This document shows positions 27,864 to 38,418 of a DNA stretch of 60,508 nt, in pieces. The stretch is taken from the sequence record DRR378314_2501; one strand, written 5' to 3'. The notes beneath the pieces were generated by a model. It was not told the origin of the DNA and searched no databases. It saw only the letters and a program-made list of their open reading frames with translations. Positions within the stretch are counted from its first letter, which is position 1. Every line of letters starts with the position of its first letter. Both the position numbers and the translations under genes were made by a program.

Positions 27864-29204
27864 GTGTCCTGGGACAGCAAGGTGCTTTGGACCGAGGGGT
27901 TGTTTTTGCAACCTCATCATTTCCAGCAGTCCGACCGCTATATGGAAGCGCAGGTCGCAGGCCTTGCGCGGCGTCTGGTTCCCTACGCGTGGGGGTTGAC
28001 GGGGATAGAGATCGACTTTGAGGCTTTGAAAATTGGGCAGTTCGCACTGAAGTCCTGTGAAGGGCTAACCCATGACGGCGCGGTGTTTCGCGTACCGATG
28101 GCGGACGATCATCCACCAGCTCTTGAGGTGCCGCAGACCGTCAAGGACTGCATCGTTTGCCTGACTGTGCCCCAGCGGCGTCAGGGTGGGACCGAGGTGG
28201 ACCTCAGTGGTGCCGAGCGATCTGCCAGCCGTCTGCGTCCCGGCAAACAGGAAGTCACTGATGTGACCTCGGTTGATCGCAAACCCGTCCAGTTGGACGT
28301 TGGGAAACTACGATTGCAGTTCGCTCTTGAAGTCGACGACATGGCGGATCTTCTCTCGATCCCGGTGGCCCGTATCATCGAAGTGCGTGCGGACAAGGAA
28401 ATTGTTCTGGACCAATCCTTTGTTCCGTCCGTGCTGGATATTCGTGCTGCCGCGCCATTGAATGATTTTCTGCGCGAACTGGAAGGACTGCTGGCACACC
28501 GCATGGAAGCATTGTCCGGGCGCTTATCCGAGGCAGGCGGTGCACGCGGTGTTGCCGACGTATCCGACTTTATGCTCCTGTCTCTGGTGAACCGGAGCTT
28601 GCCGCTCGTGCGTCATCTTCGTGAGATTGAAAACCTGCATCCGGAACGTTTGTTCGCAACCGCGGCGGGGCTTGCTGGTGAGTTGTCGGCATTTATGAGC
28701 TCCGACAAGGTGGTGCCCGAGTTTCCCCCTTATACGCATGACAATCTGAGCGCCTGCTTCGCGCCGGTGATCCGCGTGCTCCGTCAGTATCTCAGCTCGG
28801 TACTGGAACAGACCGCAATTCCGATCAAGCTGGAACCGCGCAAGTATGGCATATCGGTTGGCGTGATCGCAGATCGCAAACTGATCGGGAATTCCGGATT
28901 TGTTCTGGCGGTGAAAGCCGACGTTCCGGCAGAAGATGTGCGCCGTCATTTCGCAGGTCAGGCCAAGATTGGTCCCGTAGAGGAAATCCGTCAGCTTGTG
29001 AACTCAGCATTGCCGGGCATCACATTGCGCCCTCTGCCTGTTGCGCCACGGCAGATCCCCTATCACTCCGGCGTCGTCTATTTCGAGATGGACGCCGAAA
29101 GCCCCTATTGGGGCAAGATGACCACCTCCGGTGGGGTCGCCGTACACGTGTCCGGTCAATATCCGGGGCTCAATATGGAGCTCTGGGCCATTCGCAATGC
29201 GTGA
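27864..29204 (+). CDS. tssK: T6SS baseplate subunit TssK
   Basis: KVLWTEGLFLQPHHFQQSDRY, LVNSALPGI.L.PLPVAPRQIPYH.G..YF, ELWAIR. Confidence 0.96.
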   Translation: MSWDSKVLWTEGLFLQPHHFQQSDRYMEAQVAGLARRLVPYAWGLTGIEIDFEALKIGQFALKSCEGLTHDGAVFRVPMADDHPPALEVPQTVKDCIVCLTVPQRRQGGTEVDLSGAERSASRLRPGKQEVTDVTSVDRKPVQLDVGKLRLQFALEVDDMADLLSIPVARIIEVRADKEIVLDQSFVPSVLDIRAAAPLNDFLRELEGLLAHRMEALSGRLSEAGGARGVADVSDFMLLSLVNRSLPLVRHLREIENLHPERLFATAAGLAGELSAFMSSDKVVPEFPPYTHDNLSACFAPVIRVLRQYLSSVLEQTAIPIKLEPRKYGISVGVIADRKLIGNSGFVLAVKADVPAEDVRRHFAGQAKIGPVEEIRQLVNSALPGITLRPLPVAPRQIPYHSGVVYFEMDAESPYWGKMTTSGGVAVHVSGQYPGLNMELWAIRNA

Positions 29205-29226
29205 ACGCGGCTGAAGGAGTAAGCCA

Positions 29227-30630
29227 ATGGGCGATTTCGACGATCCTTTTGCAGAACCAGGCGACACCGACAAGACGGTGATCCGGCCCAATCCAGGTGG
29301 GCGCCGCTCTGCCCAGCCGCAGACGCAAAACGCGCCCGCGCCACATTCGACGCCAGCCAGCGCCGGAGGTGAAGCCTTTGGGGTTCCGAAATCCGCTCCG
29401 GCGGCACACTCCACCGGCAGCAAGGCGCCATCCGTCGCGCTTACCGGCATGAATCAACTCACGGCCTGCGCTACGGCGCTGTTTGCATTGATCAGTCGTA
29501 TTCGAAATCGCGCGCAGCATATGGATCCCGATAAGTTGCGCCAAAGCGTTGTCGGAGAAGTCCGCGCCTTTGAAAACAGGGCTTTGCAGGCTGGCATTCC
29601 CGCCCAGACCGTCAAAATCGCGCGTTATGCCTTATGTGCGACGCTGGATGACGTCGTTCTGAATACCCCATGGGGTGGACAATCTGCCTGGGGACTGCAG
29701 TCCATGGTCGGGACTTTCCACCGGGAAACCGTTGGTGGGGATCGTTTCTATGATCTGTTGGCGCGGCTGGAGAAAGAGCCGTCATCGAATATAGATATGC
29801 TCGAATTCCTCTACATGTGCATGTCGCTTGGCTTCGAAGGTCGCCTGCGTGTCGAGCAGGGCGGCTCTGAAAAACACCTGCAGATCCGCGCGGCATTGGC
29901 CCGGATAGTCCGCGGCCAGCGCGGGCAGGTCGAATGGGAGCTATCGCCAAATTGGAAAGGAGTGGTCAAACCCTTCCTTGTTAGATCGGCCTGGCGATTG
30001 GTCTGGATCTCCATTGCAGTGGCTGCGGTGCTGCTGGCAGGGCAGTTTGTCGGGTTGAGCTGGGCTCTTTCATCAGACACGGAACGGGTTATCGGCAAGA
30101 TGCAGACAGTGGAAGCGGGTCAGACAGCGACCCTCGAACGTCGTGCGCCGCCACCGCCACCCGCGCCGCCAGTCCCGACGATCGAACAACAGGTCGCGAA
30201 AGTGTCGGGTTTCTTGGATCAGGAAATTAAGGATGGGCTCGTTGAGGTTTTCCCCAAAGGGAACACACTGACCATTCGCGTTGCTGGATCCGGGATGTTT
30301 GGTTCCGGGTCCGATCAGCTGAAATCTGCGTTCGACAACCCGATCAACCGAGTGGCGGAAGCTCTGAATGATGAACCCGGCAAGGTTATTGTTGTCGGGC
30401 ATTCCGACAACGTGCCGATCCGGTCTGCACGGTTTCCGTCCAACATGGCACTGTCGCTGGCGCGTGCCAAATCGGTGATGGCGCGAATGGCGAATGAACT
30501 GGGTGATCCTGCGCGCCTGTCTGCCGAAGGTCGCGCGGACAAGGAACCAATCGCGGACAACGCGACGCGCGAAGGTCGGGCTAAGAATAGAAGAATTGAA
30601 GTCCTGCTCGTGCAGGAGGTACAAGAATGA
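29227..30630 (+). CDS. tssL: T6SS membrane protein TssL, long form (DotU + OmpA/MotB domain)
   Basis: RYALCATLDD.VL.TPWG, FH.ET.GG..F, LGFEGR; C-terminal VVGHSDNVPI...FPSN..LS.ARA, NRRIEV. Confidence 0.95.
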   Translation: MGDFDDPFAEPGDTDKTVIRPNPGGRRSAQPQTQNAPAPHSTPASAGGEAFGVPKSAPAAHSTGSKAPSVALTGMNQLTACATALFALISRIRNRAQHMDPDKLRQSVVGEVRAFENRALQAGIPAQTVKIARYALCATLDDVVLNTPWGGQSAWGLQSMVGTFHRETVGGDRFYDLLARLEKEPSSNIDMLEFLYMCMSLGFEGRLRVEQGGSEKHLQIRAALARIVRGQRGQVEWELSPNWKGVVKPFLVRSAWRLVWISIAVAAVLLAGQFVGLSWALSSDTERVIGKMQTVEAGQTATLERRAPPPPPAPPVPTIEQQVAKVSGFLDQEIKDGLVEVFPKGNTLTIRVAGSGMFGSGSDQLKSAFDNPINRVAEALNDEPGKVIVVGHSDNVPIRSARFPSNMALSLARAKSVMARMANELGDPARLSAEGRADKEPIADNATREGRAKNRRIEVLLVQEVQE

Positions 30631-33600
30631 TCCGTCGCTATATCCTGCCGTTGTTCAGGTCGATTTATACCATCCTTATCCTGCTGGCGGCCGCGCTTTC
30701 AGCCTGCATCTGGTTCTTTGCGCCATTCATCGGCTCGGACAGTTGGCGGCCGTTTGACAGCGTTTCGTCCCGGTTGATCACAATTGCCATTCTTTGGGCG
30801 CTGACGCTCCTGACCCTGTTGCTGATCGCATTGCTGCGCGCTCGCCGGGATCGCCAGATGACAGAAGAGATGGCAGAGGTTGTCGACACCATCGAGGATG
30901 ATGTCATCGGTGAAGAACTTGTCGAGCTGAAAGGTAAATTCAAGATTGCGCTGACTGAGTTGCGCAAGTCCAAGAACGGACGCAAGCATCTCAATCAACT
31001 GCCTTGGTACATCATGATTGGCCCCCCGGGAGCGGGTAAGACAACAGCGATCGTAAATTCGGGCCTGCAATTTCCGCTTGCTGACAAATTGGGCAAGGCG
31101 GCCATCGGCGGGGTGGGCGGCACGAGAAACTGTGACTGGTGGTTCACAAATCAAGCTGTACTGATCGATACGGCAGGTCGCTACACAACGCAAGAAAGTG
31201 ACGAGGAGACAGACAATGCGGCCTGGCTCGGGTTTCTCAATCTGTTGAAAAAGTATCGCAAACGCCAACCGATCAATGGCGCGATAATCGCGATCTCCCT
31301 GTCGGACCTGTCTCTGCAGGATGAAATGACACAGAAGGCCCACGCTACCGCGATCCGCAATCGTCTTGCAGAGTTGCGAGGGCGATTGGGGGTTCGGTTC
31401 CCAGTTTATGTGGTGTTTACCAAAGCGGACCTGATTGCGGGCTTTCAAGAGTACTACGACACGCTTGGCAAAGAAGAACGTGAACAAGTCTGGGGCTTCA
31501 CGCTGCCGCTGGTGAAAAGTAAATCTGATGCAGATCCTGTCACACGATTTGACGAGGAGTTCGGCGGTATCTTGGGGCAACTCAATGCTCAGCTTCTTGA
31601 AAAGATGCAGGCCGAAACAGACCCTCAGCGGCGTGCGCTCGTCGCCGGTTTTCCATCGCAGGTGGCATCTGTGCGCAGTGTCGCTAGAGAGTTCCTCAAG
31701 GAGGTATTCCAGGACAACGCCTATCAGAAACGACAAATGCTGCGGGGGGTCTATCTGGCCTCCGGCACGCAGGAAGGCACACCGATCGACCGGTTGATGC
31801 TGGGTATGGCGCAGACATTCGGGATCGGTCGCCAGGCGATCGGCACTGGCAAGGGGACTGGACGGTCTTATTTTCTCACCCGCTTGTTCGAGGGTGTGAT
31901 GTTTCCCGAGGCAGGTCTCGTTTCCTCGGATGATAAGGTTGAGCGCCGCTATCTCTGGGCTCGAGGTATCGCAGTGGCCGCAACCGTTCTGGTGAGCCTG
32001 ACCATGGGGGGATTGTGGGTGAATTCCTTCTTGAAGAACAAATCAATGATCGCCGACGCCAGCGCTCAGGTGGACCAATATCAGGCCTCGGCCTCGTCGT
32101 TGCCACCCAGCCCTGTCGGGGACTCCGATCTGGTTCCGGTCGTGGCGGCCTTGAACCTCCTGCGGGATTTGCCGGGCAACCCAGTTCTCTCAACACCAGA
32201 TCCCAGCCTGTCAGAAACTTATGGTCTCTATCAGGGAGAGGTGATCGGCACGCAGGGGGCGCAGACGTATCGTTCCGCCTTGAACCGTCGTTTCCTTCCG
32301 CGCCTTCTGGTGCGTTTAGAAGAACAAATTGCGGGAAATATGAATGATGTTGATGCGCTCTATGAAACGCTGAAGATCTACCTGATGCTTGGCCTTCAAG
32401 GGCCGATGAACCCGGACCTTGTAAAGGAGTTTCTCAACAAGGACTGGACGGATGTGACCTATTCCGGCGTTGTCCGTCAGCAATTGCGAGCAGATCTGAA
32501 CGATCACCTGAACGCACTCTTGTCGCAGCCCATGGAGGAAGTGGTGCTGAACGGAGATCTCATCGCCCAGGCGCGTGGCGTTCTGGCTGAAATGCCAATG
32601 TCACAACGTGTGTATTCCGGTATCATCAATTCGCGCACGGCGACCGAGCTGCCGCAATGGCGCCTGACTGACGTTGGCGGGCCTGAAATCACACGCGTGA
32701 TGACCCGCAATTCGGGAAAACCCATGGCCGAAGGGATCGAGGGTATCTTCACTCACAATGGGTTCAACAACGTGTTTTTGACCGAGGCTGTGAGCGTGTC
32801 CAACCGAGTACAAAGCGAAGCATGGGTGCTCGGCGATAGCAGTCAGGAGGCACAAAGCGAAGCGGCGTTGCTGTCGTTGAGCCGCGATGTTTTGGACCTT
32901 TATTACAACGACTTCATTGGCCGATATGATGACCTGCTCGGCGATCTGGATGTAATCCCATTGCAGTCGCTCAATCAGGCGGTGGATGTAACGCGGATCT
33001 TGTCAGGCGCCAGTTCGCCCATCGAAAATGTACTGCGTGCGGTGGCCAAGGAAACGCAGCTGACACAATCGCAATCGGCACTGGATACCACTGCAGTAAA
33101 CGAAGGCCTGGGACAGGTCGCAAACCTCGAAGCTCAATCGAACCTCTCGATCCAAGGTCAGATACTGCTCGAGGCGTTGATGAAGTCAACTCCGGCACAA
33201 GGCGGCCCCAAGCAGCTTCCACCGGGTATGTTTGTGGAAAACCGTTTCGCCTGGCTGCATCAGATGGTCGACGCGCCAGAAGGACAACCTTCACAGCTTG
33301 ATGGGCTAATGGGACTACTTCTGACCGTCTACCAAGAGCTAAACAAGATGACAATCAGCGGCATTTCGGCAGGTGGTGCCAGCAGCCAGGCGCTGCTTCA
33401 GTTCCAACAAACTGCGAGCCAATACCAAGGTCCGATGCAACGTTGGGCAAAACAGATCACGGTTGGGTCTTCTGGCATCACGTCAGAAGGTACGCGCGCG
33501 TCGATAAATGCGGCATGGCAATCTGATGTTCTGCCGTTCTGCACTCAGGCGCTTTCAAATCGGTATCCGTTCAACCGCTCTGCTCGGGCCGATGTCGCGA

Positions 33601-34202
33601 TGGCGGATTTTGCCAAGCTGTTCTCACCAGGAGGGTTGATTGACGGTTTTTTCAATCAGCATCTGACCCAATACGTGGATACGGCCACGAACCCCTGGAC
33701 CTTCAAATCCACAGGCGCGGGTGCAGATCTTGGTATCAGTCAGGCGGTGCTGAACCAGATGCAATATGCCGCAGAGATCCGGGATGCCTTTTTTGCATCA
33801 GGTACGGCGCCATTGGTTCCGTTCCAGATCACGCCCAAGGCACTGGACCCAAAGGCCAAGGAAATGATCCTCGAAATCGATGGAACAACAGTGGCATTCA
33901 ATCACAAGATGGGCCAGCCCACACCTGTTGCAGTGACCTGGCCCGGATCTGTTGGATTGGCCCGTATCACATTGAACCCCAATCGGCGCAGCAGTGAAAA
34001 TGTTCTCTCCAAAGATGGCCCATGGGCGTGGTTCCGATTGCTTGATGCGGCGGAAGTGCGGCGGACCAATGCAGTGGATCGCAGACGCGTGAACTTTACT
34101 GTCGGGGGCCGATTGGCACTGTACGAATTGCAGGCCGGGTCGGCGGTAAATCCCTTTGCCCTGCCCGCCATGGCCAAGTTTTCTTGTCCGAAGTCGATGT
34201 AA
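30627..34202 (+). CDS. tssM: T6SS membrane subunit TssM (IcmF)
   Basis: LPWYIMIGPPGAGKTT, GTRNCDWWF...AVLIDTAGRY, R.RQPING, FPVYVVFTK.DL, GPWAWFRL. Confidence 0.96.
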   Translation: MIRRYILPLFRSIYTILILLAAALSACIWFFAPFIGSDSWRPFDSVSSRLITIAILWALTLLTLLLIALLRARRDRQMTEEMAEVVDTIEDDVIGEELVELKGKFKIALTELRKSKNGRKHLNQLPWYIMIGPPGAGKTTAIVNSGLQFPLADKLGKAAIGGVGGTRNCDWWFTNQAVLIDTAGRYTTQESDEETDNAAWLGFLNLLKKYRKRQPINGAIIAISLSDLSLQDEMTQKAHATAIRNRLAELRGRLGVRFPVYVVFTKADLIAGFQEYYDTLGKEEREQVWGFTLPLVKSKSDADPVTRFDEEFGGILGQLNAQLLEKMQAETDPQRRALVAGFPSQVASVRSVAREFLKEVFQDNAYQKRQMLRGVYLASGTQEGTPIDRLMLGMAQTFGIGRQAIGTGKGTGRSYFLTRLFEGVMFPEAGLVSSDDKVERRYLWARGIAVAATVLVSLTMGGLWVNSFLKNKSMIADASAQVDQYQASASSLPPSPVGDSDLVPVVAALNLLRDLPGNPVLSTPDPSLSETYGLYQGEVIGTQGAQTYRSALNRRFLPRLLVRLEEQIAGNMNDVDALYETLKIYLMLGLQGPMNPDLVKEFLNKDWTDVTYSGVVRQQLRADLNDHLNALLSQPMEEVVLNGDLIAQARGVLAEMPMSQRVYSGIINSRTATELPQWRLTDVGGPEITRVMTRNSGKPMAEGIEGIFTHNGFNNVFLTEAVSVSNRVQSEAWVLGDSSQEAQSEAALLSLSRDVLDLYYNDFIGRYDDLLGDLDVIPLQSLNQAVDVTRILSGASSPIENVLRAVAKETQLTQSQSALDTTAVNEGLGQVANLEAQSNLSIQGQILLEALMKSTPAQGGPKQLPPGMFVENRFAWLHQMVDAPEGQPSQLDGLMGLLLTVYQELNKMTISGISAGGASSQALLQFQQTASQYQGPMQRWAKQITVGSSGITSEGTRASINAAWQSDVLPFCTQALSNRYPFNRSARADVAMADFAKLFSPGGLIDGFFNQHLTQYVDTATNPWTFKSTGAGADLGISQAVLNQMQYAAEIRDAFFASGTAPLVPFQITPKALDPKAKEMILEIDGTTVAFNHKMGQPTPVAVTWPGSVGLARITLNPNRRSSENVLSKDGPWAWFRLLDAAEVRRTNAVDRRRVNFTVGGRLALYELQAGSAVNPFALPAMAKFSCPKSM

Positions 34203-34885
34203 TGACGGCCGGTTTCGGAGCCTTTGGCAAAATGCCGACGGTCGGAGATTTCTTCCGGCTGTCGCCTCCGGCGGGATTCGTCAGAATTTGGGACCCCTGG
34301 ATCCAGTCGGTGATGACCGCGGGGCAGGGGGCTTATGGGCCGCATTTCGATCAGCATTATATGTCTGCCCCGATTTGGCGGTTTACGATTCCATCAGGTG
34401 TCGCAGGCGCGCAAAAACTTACTGGCGTGTTGATGCCGTCAGTCGACAGGGTGGGGCGGCGTTTCCCACTGACGCTGGTCAGTGCTCTGCCGACTCCGGG
34501 CCCGGTCGCCTGCGATCATCTCAGTGATACCGAGCTGTTTGAGCGTCTCGAAGATATCGCGCTGGATTGTCTGGAAGACAATATGAACCAGGAGCGTCTG
34601 GCCCGCCTTCTCGAAACAGTACAGGTGCCTGATATGCGCGCGGTTGCACCGCTTCGGGCAAACGACGAGTGCATCGTTTTGACCGGCGTAGGCGAGGTCT
34701 CGCGGCTACCGTTAGCAGTCGCAGGTGGGTTATTGGAACAACAGGGCCCCGACTTAAGTGTTTGGTCTGCCGTTCTGGACGGAAAACCGCGTATGCTCGC
34801 GTGCAAGGGCCTCCCGACGGGCTCACATGCTCTGGGTCTATTCGACCTTAGCGCAAGCGTATGGAGAGAGGCCCGGCCACTATGA
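34202..34885 (+). CDS. tagF: T6SS post-translational repressor TagF
   Basis: G.FGKMP..GDF, APIWRF, GVLMPSVDRVGRRFPL. Confidence 0.94.
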   Translation: MTAGFGAFGKMPTVGDFFRLSPPAGFVRIWDPWIQSVMTAGQGAYGPHFDQHYMSAPIWRFTIPSGVAGAQKLTGVLMPSVDRVGRRFPLTLVSALPTPGPVACDHLSDTELFERLEDIALDCLEDNMNQERLARLLETVQVPDMRAVAPLRANDECIVLTGVGEVSRLPLAVAGGLLEQQGPDLSVWSAVLDGKPRMLACKGLPTGSHALGLFDLSASVWREARPL

Positions 34886-35604
34886 CAGAGATGCGGAATA
34901 CCCGTTTCATTGCCCAGACGCACACAGGGCTCGTCCGAAAGGTGAACGAGGATTCCGTTCTGACCTTGCCAGAACATGAAATTTGGCTCGTCTCTGATGG
35001 GATGGGAGGGCATGATGCCGGTGATTTCGCGAGCCGTTTGATTGCGGATATGGTCGCTACCATCCCGCAAGATCTCGATCCGGCGGCAAGGATGCATGCC
35101 TTACGTGACGCAATACACGGGGCGCATCACGCGATTCAGGCCGAATCCGCACGGCGCGGCGGCACGACGATCGGTGCGACCGTCGCAACATTGGTTATCA
35201 GCCAAGGTTACTTTCTGTGTCTATGGGCCGGGGACAGTCGTATTTATCGGTTGCGGAATGGCCGGATCGAGCTCCTGACTGCGGATCATTCAGCTGTTGC
35301 AGAGTATGTCTTGGCTGGAAAAATGAGTTGGGATGAAGCAGATCAGCACCCGCAATCCAATGCCATCACACGTGCTGTCGGAATTGAAGGTGATCTAATC
35401 CTCGACAAGGTGCGTGGCGAGACGGCACCAGGTGATCGTTTCCTGCTGTGCTCGGATGGGCTGACAAAATACGCAACATTCTCGATGCTTGAGGATGTGC
35501 TATCCACGACCCCATTGGAAACACTCGGTGACAGACTGATCCAGATTGCATTGACCGGCGGAGGTGCCGACAATATTTCAGCCATCATCGTAGACGTTCT
35601 CTAG
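34882..35604 (+). CDS. pppA: PP2C-family Ser/Thr phosphatase (PppA-like)
   Basis: TH.G.VR..NED, VSDGMGGH.AG, WAGDSR.Y, LLCSDGL, GGADNIS. Confidence 0.9.
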   Translation: MTEMRNTRFIAQTHTGLVRKVNEDSVLTLPEHEIWLVSDGMGGHDAGDFASRLIADMVATIPQDLDPAARMHALRDAIHGAHHAIQAESARRGGTTIGATVATLVISQGYFLCLWAGDSRIYRLRNGRIELLTADHSAVAEYVLAGKMSWDEADQHPQSNAITRAVGIEGDLILDKVRGETAPGDRFLLCSDGLTKYATFSMLEDVLSTTPLETLGDRLIQIALTGGGADNISAIIVDVL

Positions 35605-35622
35605 GAGATCCATGCATTCAGA

Positions 35623-37806
35623 TCACGGTTGCGCGGTGGTCAGTATGCTGCTGTCGAGCGACAGAACCCGCCCAGCGTCACCAGTCGCGCTCTTCTGAAG
35701 CGCTTCTGCAAAACTTGCGGCACTTTCAGCAGTGGGGCGCATCCCATCGAACAAAGGTTGAGCGGAATGCAGAATTAAAATTTTGCTCTTGCCCAAAGTG
35801 CTGTCATCGACCTTGAAAGCAATGCCTCCTGTATCATCCCGTGCATCAAGACTATAGGCGACGCGGATCGACAACTCCCCGGTTTTCCCGTCTCTCAATT
35901 TCTCTACGGCCTGGGTTTGACGGTTGATGTTGGGCAGTAGGTGAAACACGTTGCCCGTAACGTCCAAGATGGACACGGTCAGGAACCCGTCGGTCAGGCT
36001 TGCTGGCAAGACAACGTCGATTACCGGATTCTCACCTACAAAAAAGCGGCCCGAAGGGTTGGTGTCACCGTTCGCACCATTGGCATATGTCACGTCTATC
36101 CCGCCTTTAGGCGCCTTCGGGAGATGTTGTTCGACAATGCAGAGCGCAGGATTCAGCACTTCGAGATCAAGATTGACTGATCGCCCTTTTGCGACGGCTG
36201 TAAGCGCGTCAAAAAGACGAAGTTGGGTCTCCGTACCGGCCACTTGACCGACCACTCGGAGCGCCTCGTCGGGAGCATATCCGGTTCCCCCCGATGATCC
36301 TTGCAGAACCAAAGGGCCACAGTCCGAATGGTTGGCCACGACAGCGGCAGGGATCTGGCGGTCCAACAACGGGAGCTCAAACGCGATGGTGACAATTCCC
36401 ACCAATGCACCGGGTAAATCTCCTCCGAAGAACCCGTCAAGATCAGCAAGCAGTTCTGCGTTCGACGTTGTGCCCGAGAGCTTGGCCTGATTGTTCTCGA
36501 CCACAAAGCGCCAATCTTCAAGTTCCGCCAGCGGCTCGAGAGTAAAAAGGACATCGCGCAGCCACGTATCAGCGATTTCTCCCGACGCCAGTTCCAGTTC
36601 GCCCTCGTCGACCAATTCCATCAGCGCCGCATGCCCGTCCTCACTCGGAACGTTGCCCGCAGCGCGAACCGGTCCGCCAGCACTGCGTTCAACGATCAGG
36701 CGAAAGGGCTCGGCGGCGGGGTAGTTTGGTGAGAACACGCCGTCCAGCGCACCGCTCATCCAGGCACCGGCTCCACCAAAGCCCACAATAAGAACCGCAA
36801 TGAGCAAGCTCAGTTTCCCACGACCACGCCCACGTTGCGCAGCCGCCATTGGAGCAGGATCTTGCGGTGGATTGACTGTGGAGCGCGGGGTGAGGATCGT
36901 GGCGTCATTCACCGGTTCGGAAGGGGTTCCAATCAGGGCGTCAAGCGGGTCGCCGGTTTGGGCAGTCTCACTTGATCGGGCATCGGAAGCATGGAGAAAT
37001 GCAAGGACCTCACCGGCGGTTTGAAAACGATCCTGAGGGCTTGGTGCGCACATCCGTTCGATCAGTGTCCGGAACGGGTCAGGAAGATCGTCGGTCTCCA
37101 ACGGTTTCTTCTTGTTCTCGACCACTTCCATCGGATTGGCGCCCAACGAAGGGGGGCTGCCGCGGAAGTTCGCGAGAAGGAGCGCCCCCAATGAATAGAT
37201 ATCCGAGCGGGCATCGGTCTGACCGCTCATTTGTTCGGGAGCCGCATAGGCATATTTGCCGGCAAACTCGTTTCCGACGATCGTCTCGGCACCGGGATTT
37301 GTATCCTTCGCAATGCCGAAATCGATGATAACCGCCTGTTCCGGATCTCCATCGCGCAGAATGATGTTGTCGGGGCTTAGGTCTCGGTGGACAATTTTTC
37401 GTTTGTGCGCTGCCTGGAGCCCTTCGCTCACCCGTCGACAGATCGTCAACAGATCCGTCACCGGCATGGGACCGTTCTTCAACTTTCTGTCCAGCCCAGG
37501 TCCGTCGATATAGTCCATCAGAAGATAGATGCGCCCATCCGGAGTTCGGTGATTTTCCGAATAGCGCACAACGGAATCGTGCCTGATTTCCCGGATGTTC
37601 TCTTCGCGCGCCATCAAGACGGTGAAGTCTTCGTTGCCCGAAAACTCCTGCTTCAGAACTTTCAAGGCAACGGTGTTTCCGGAAATTTCTGAACGAGCCT
37701 TATAAACCTCAGACGTACCGCCGCGACCTAGTAGGGCCTCGATGCGATAGGTATTGTTCAGCAAATCACCGGGTTCGAACATATCCCCGGGTCGGGAGCC
37801 GATCAT
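35623..37806 (-). CDS. ppkA: Membrane Ser/Thr protein kinase (PpkA-like) with periplasmic region ending in a DUF4384-like domain
   Basis: LGRGGTSEVY, VALK, HRDLSPDNI, IDFG, YAAPEQ, SDIYSLG; one TM helix; C-terminal GFLTVSILDVTGNVFHLLPN. Confidence 0.88.
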   Translation of the reverse strand: MIGSRPGDMFEPGDLLNNTYRIEALLGRGGTSEVYKARSEISGNTVALKVLKQEFSGNEDFTVLMAREENIREIRHDSVVRYSENHRTPDGRIYLLMDYIDGPGLDRKLKNGPMPVTDLLTICRRVSEGLQAAHKRKIVHRDLSPDNIILRDGDPEQAVIIDFGIAKDTNPGAETIVGNEFAGKYAYAAPEQMSGQTDARSDIYSLGALLLANFRGSPPSLGANPMEVVENKKKPLETDDLPDPFRTLIERMCAPSPQDRFQTAGEVLAFLHASDARSSETAQTGDPLDALIGTPSEPVNDATILTPRSTVNPPQDPAPMAAAQRGRGRGKLSLLIAVLIVGFGGAGAWMSGALDGVFSPNYPAAEPFRLIVERSAGGPVRAAGNVPSEDGHAALMELVDEGELELASGEIADTWLRDVLFTLEPLAELEDWRFVVENNQAKLSGTTSNAELLADLDGFFGGDLPGALVGIVTIAFELPLLDRQIPAAVVANHSDCGPLVLQGSSGGTGYAPDEALRVVGQVAGTETQLRLFDALTAVAKGRSVNLDLEVLNPALCIVEQHLPKAPKGGIDVTYANGANGDTNPSGRFFVGENPVIDVVLPASLTDGFLTVSILDVTGNVFHLLPNINRQTQAVEKLRDGKTGELSIRVAYSLDARDDTGGIAFKVDDSTLGKSKILILHSAQPLFDGMRPTAESAASFAEALQKSATGDAGRVLSLDSSILTTAQP

Positions 37807-37851
37807 TCAACACTCTCCGATCGAAGCACGTAGTCGCAAAATATCATTCGG

Positions 37852-38418
37852 TCAGCCTAGTGCTTGGAATTCTACGCGCCGGTTCTCATCGGCACGGGGG
37901 TCGGCAGGATTGAACGGTGCAGTCTCTCCCATTCCGATGGCCTTCAGCGACTCGGCCGTTATCCCGCAGTCACTTACCAGATGCCGCCGCACTTCTTGCG
38001 CGCGCAGGAGCGATAGGCGTTCGTTATACGTGACCGACCCGGAGCTATCGGTGTGGCCGATGATCTGGAACACGGTCCCATCCATGACCTTCATCGATTC
38101 GCACATGTTTGCCAGTTTCGGCTTCTGATCATCACGAAGGGTGGCACTGTCAAAGTCAAAGGAGATCTGTACGTTGATCTGCGTCTCCGATTCCACTGCA
38201 TTGTACTCTTCGGATGCTGCGGCGATCGTAGTTGCACCGGTCTCTTCAGCAGCGGTCTCGCTATCGGTAGCGTTTGGCACGATCACCAGACCACGGGTCT
38301 TTTGCTTCTTGAAGGCCTCAGTGATTTCTTCGACGGACAGATCCTCGGCAGCCAAAGGCGTGCTCAAGCAGATTGCGGCGGTGAAAATCGACAGTGCCAA
38401 AGTGCGGAACTGGACCAT
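37852..38418 (-). CDS. Exported OmpA C-terminal-like peptidoglycan-binding protein
   Basis: Signal peptide; ISFDFDSA.L, IIGHTDSSG...YN..LS..RA, IG.GE, ENRRVEF. Confidence 0.9.
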   Translation of the reverse strand: MVQFRTLALSIFTAAICLSTPLAAEDLSVEEITEAFKKQKTRGLVIVPNATDSETAAEETGATTIAAASEEYNAVESETQINVQISFDFDSATLRDDQKPKLANMCESMKVMDGTVFQIIGHTDSSGSVTYNERLSLLRAQEVRRHLVSDCGITAESLKAIGMGETAPFNPADPRADENRRVEFQALG

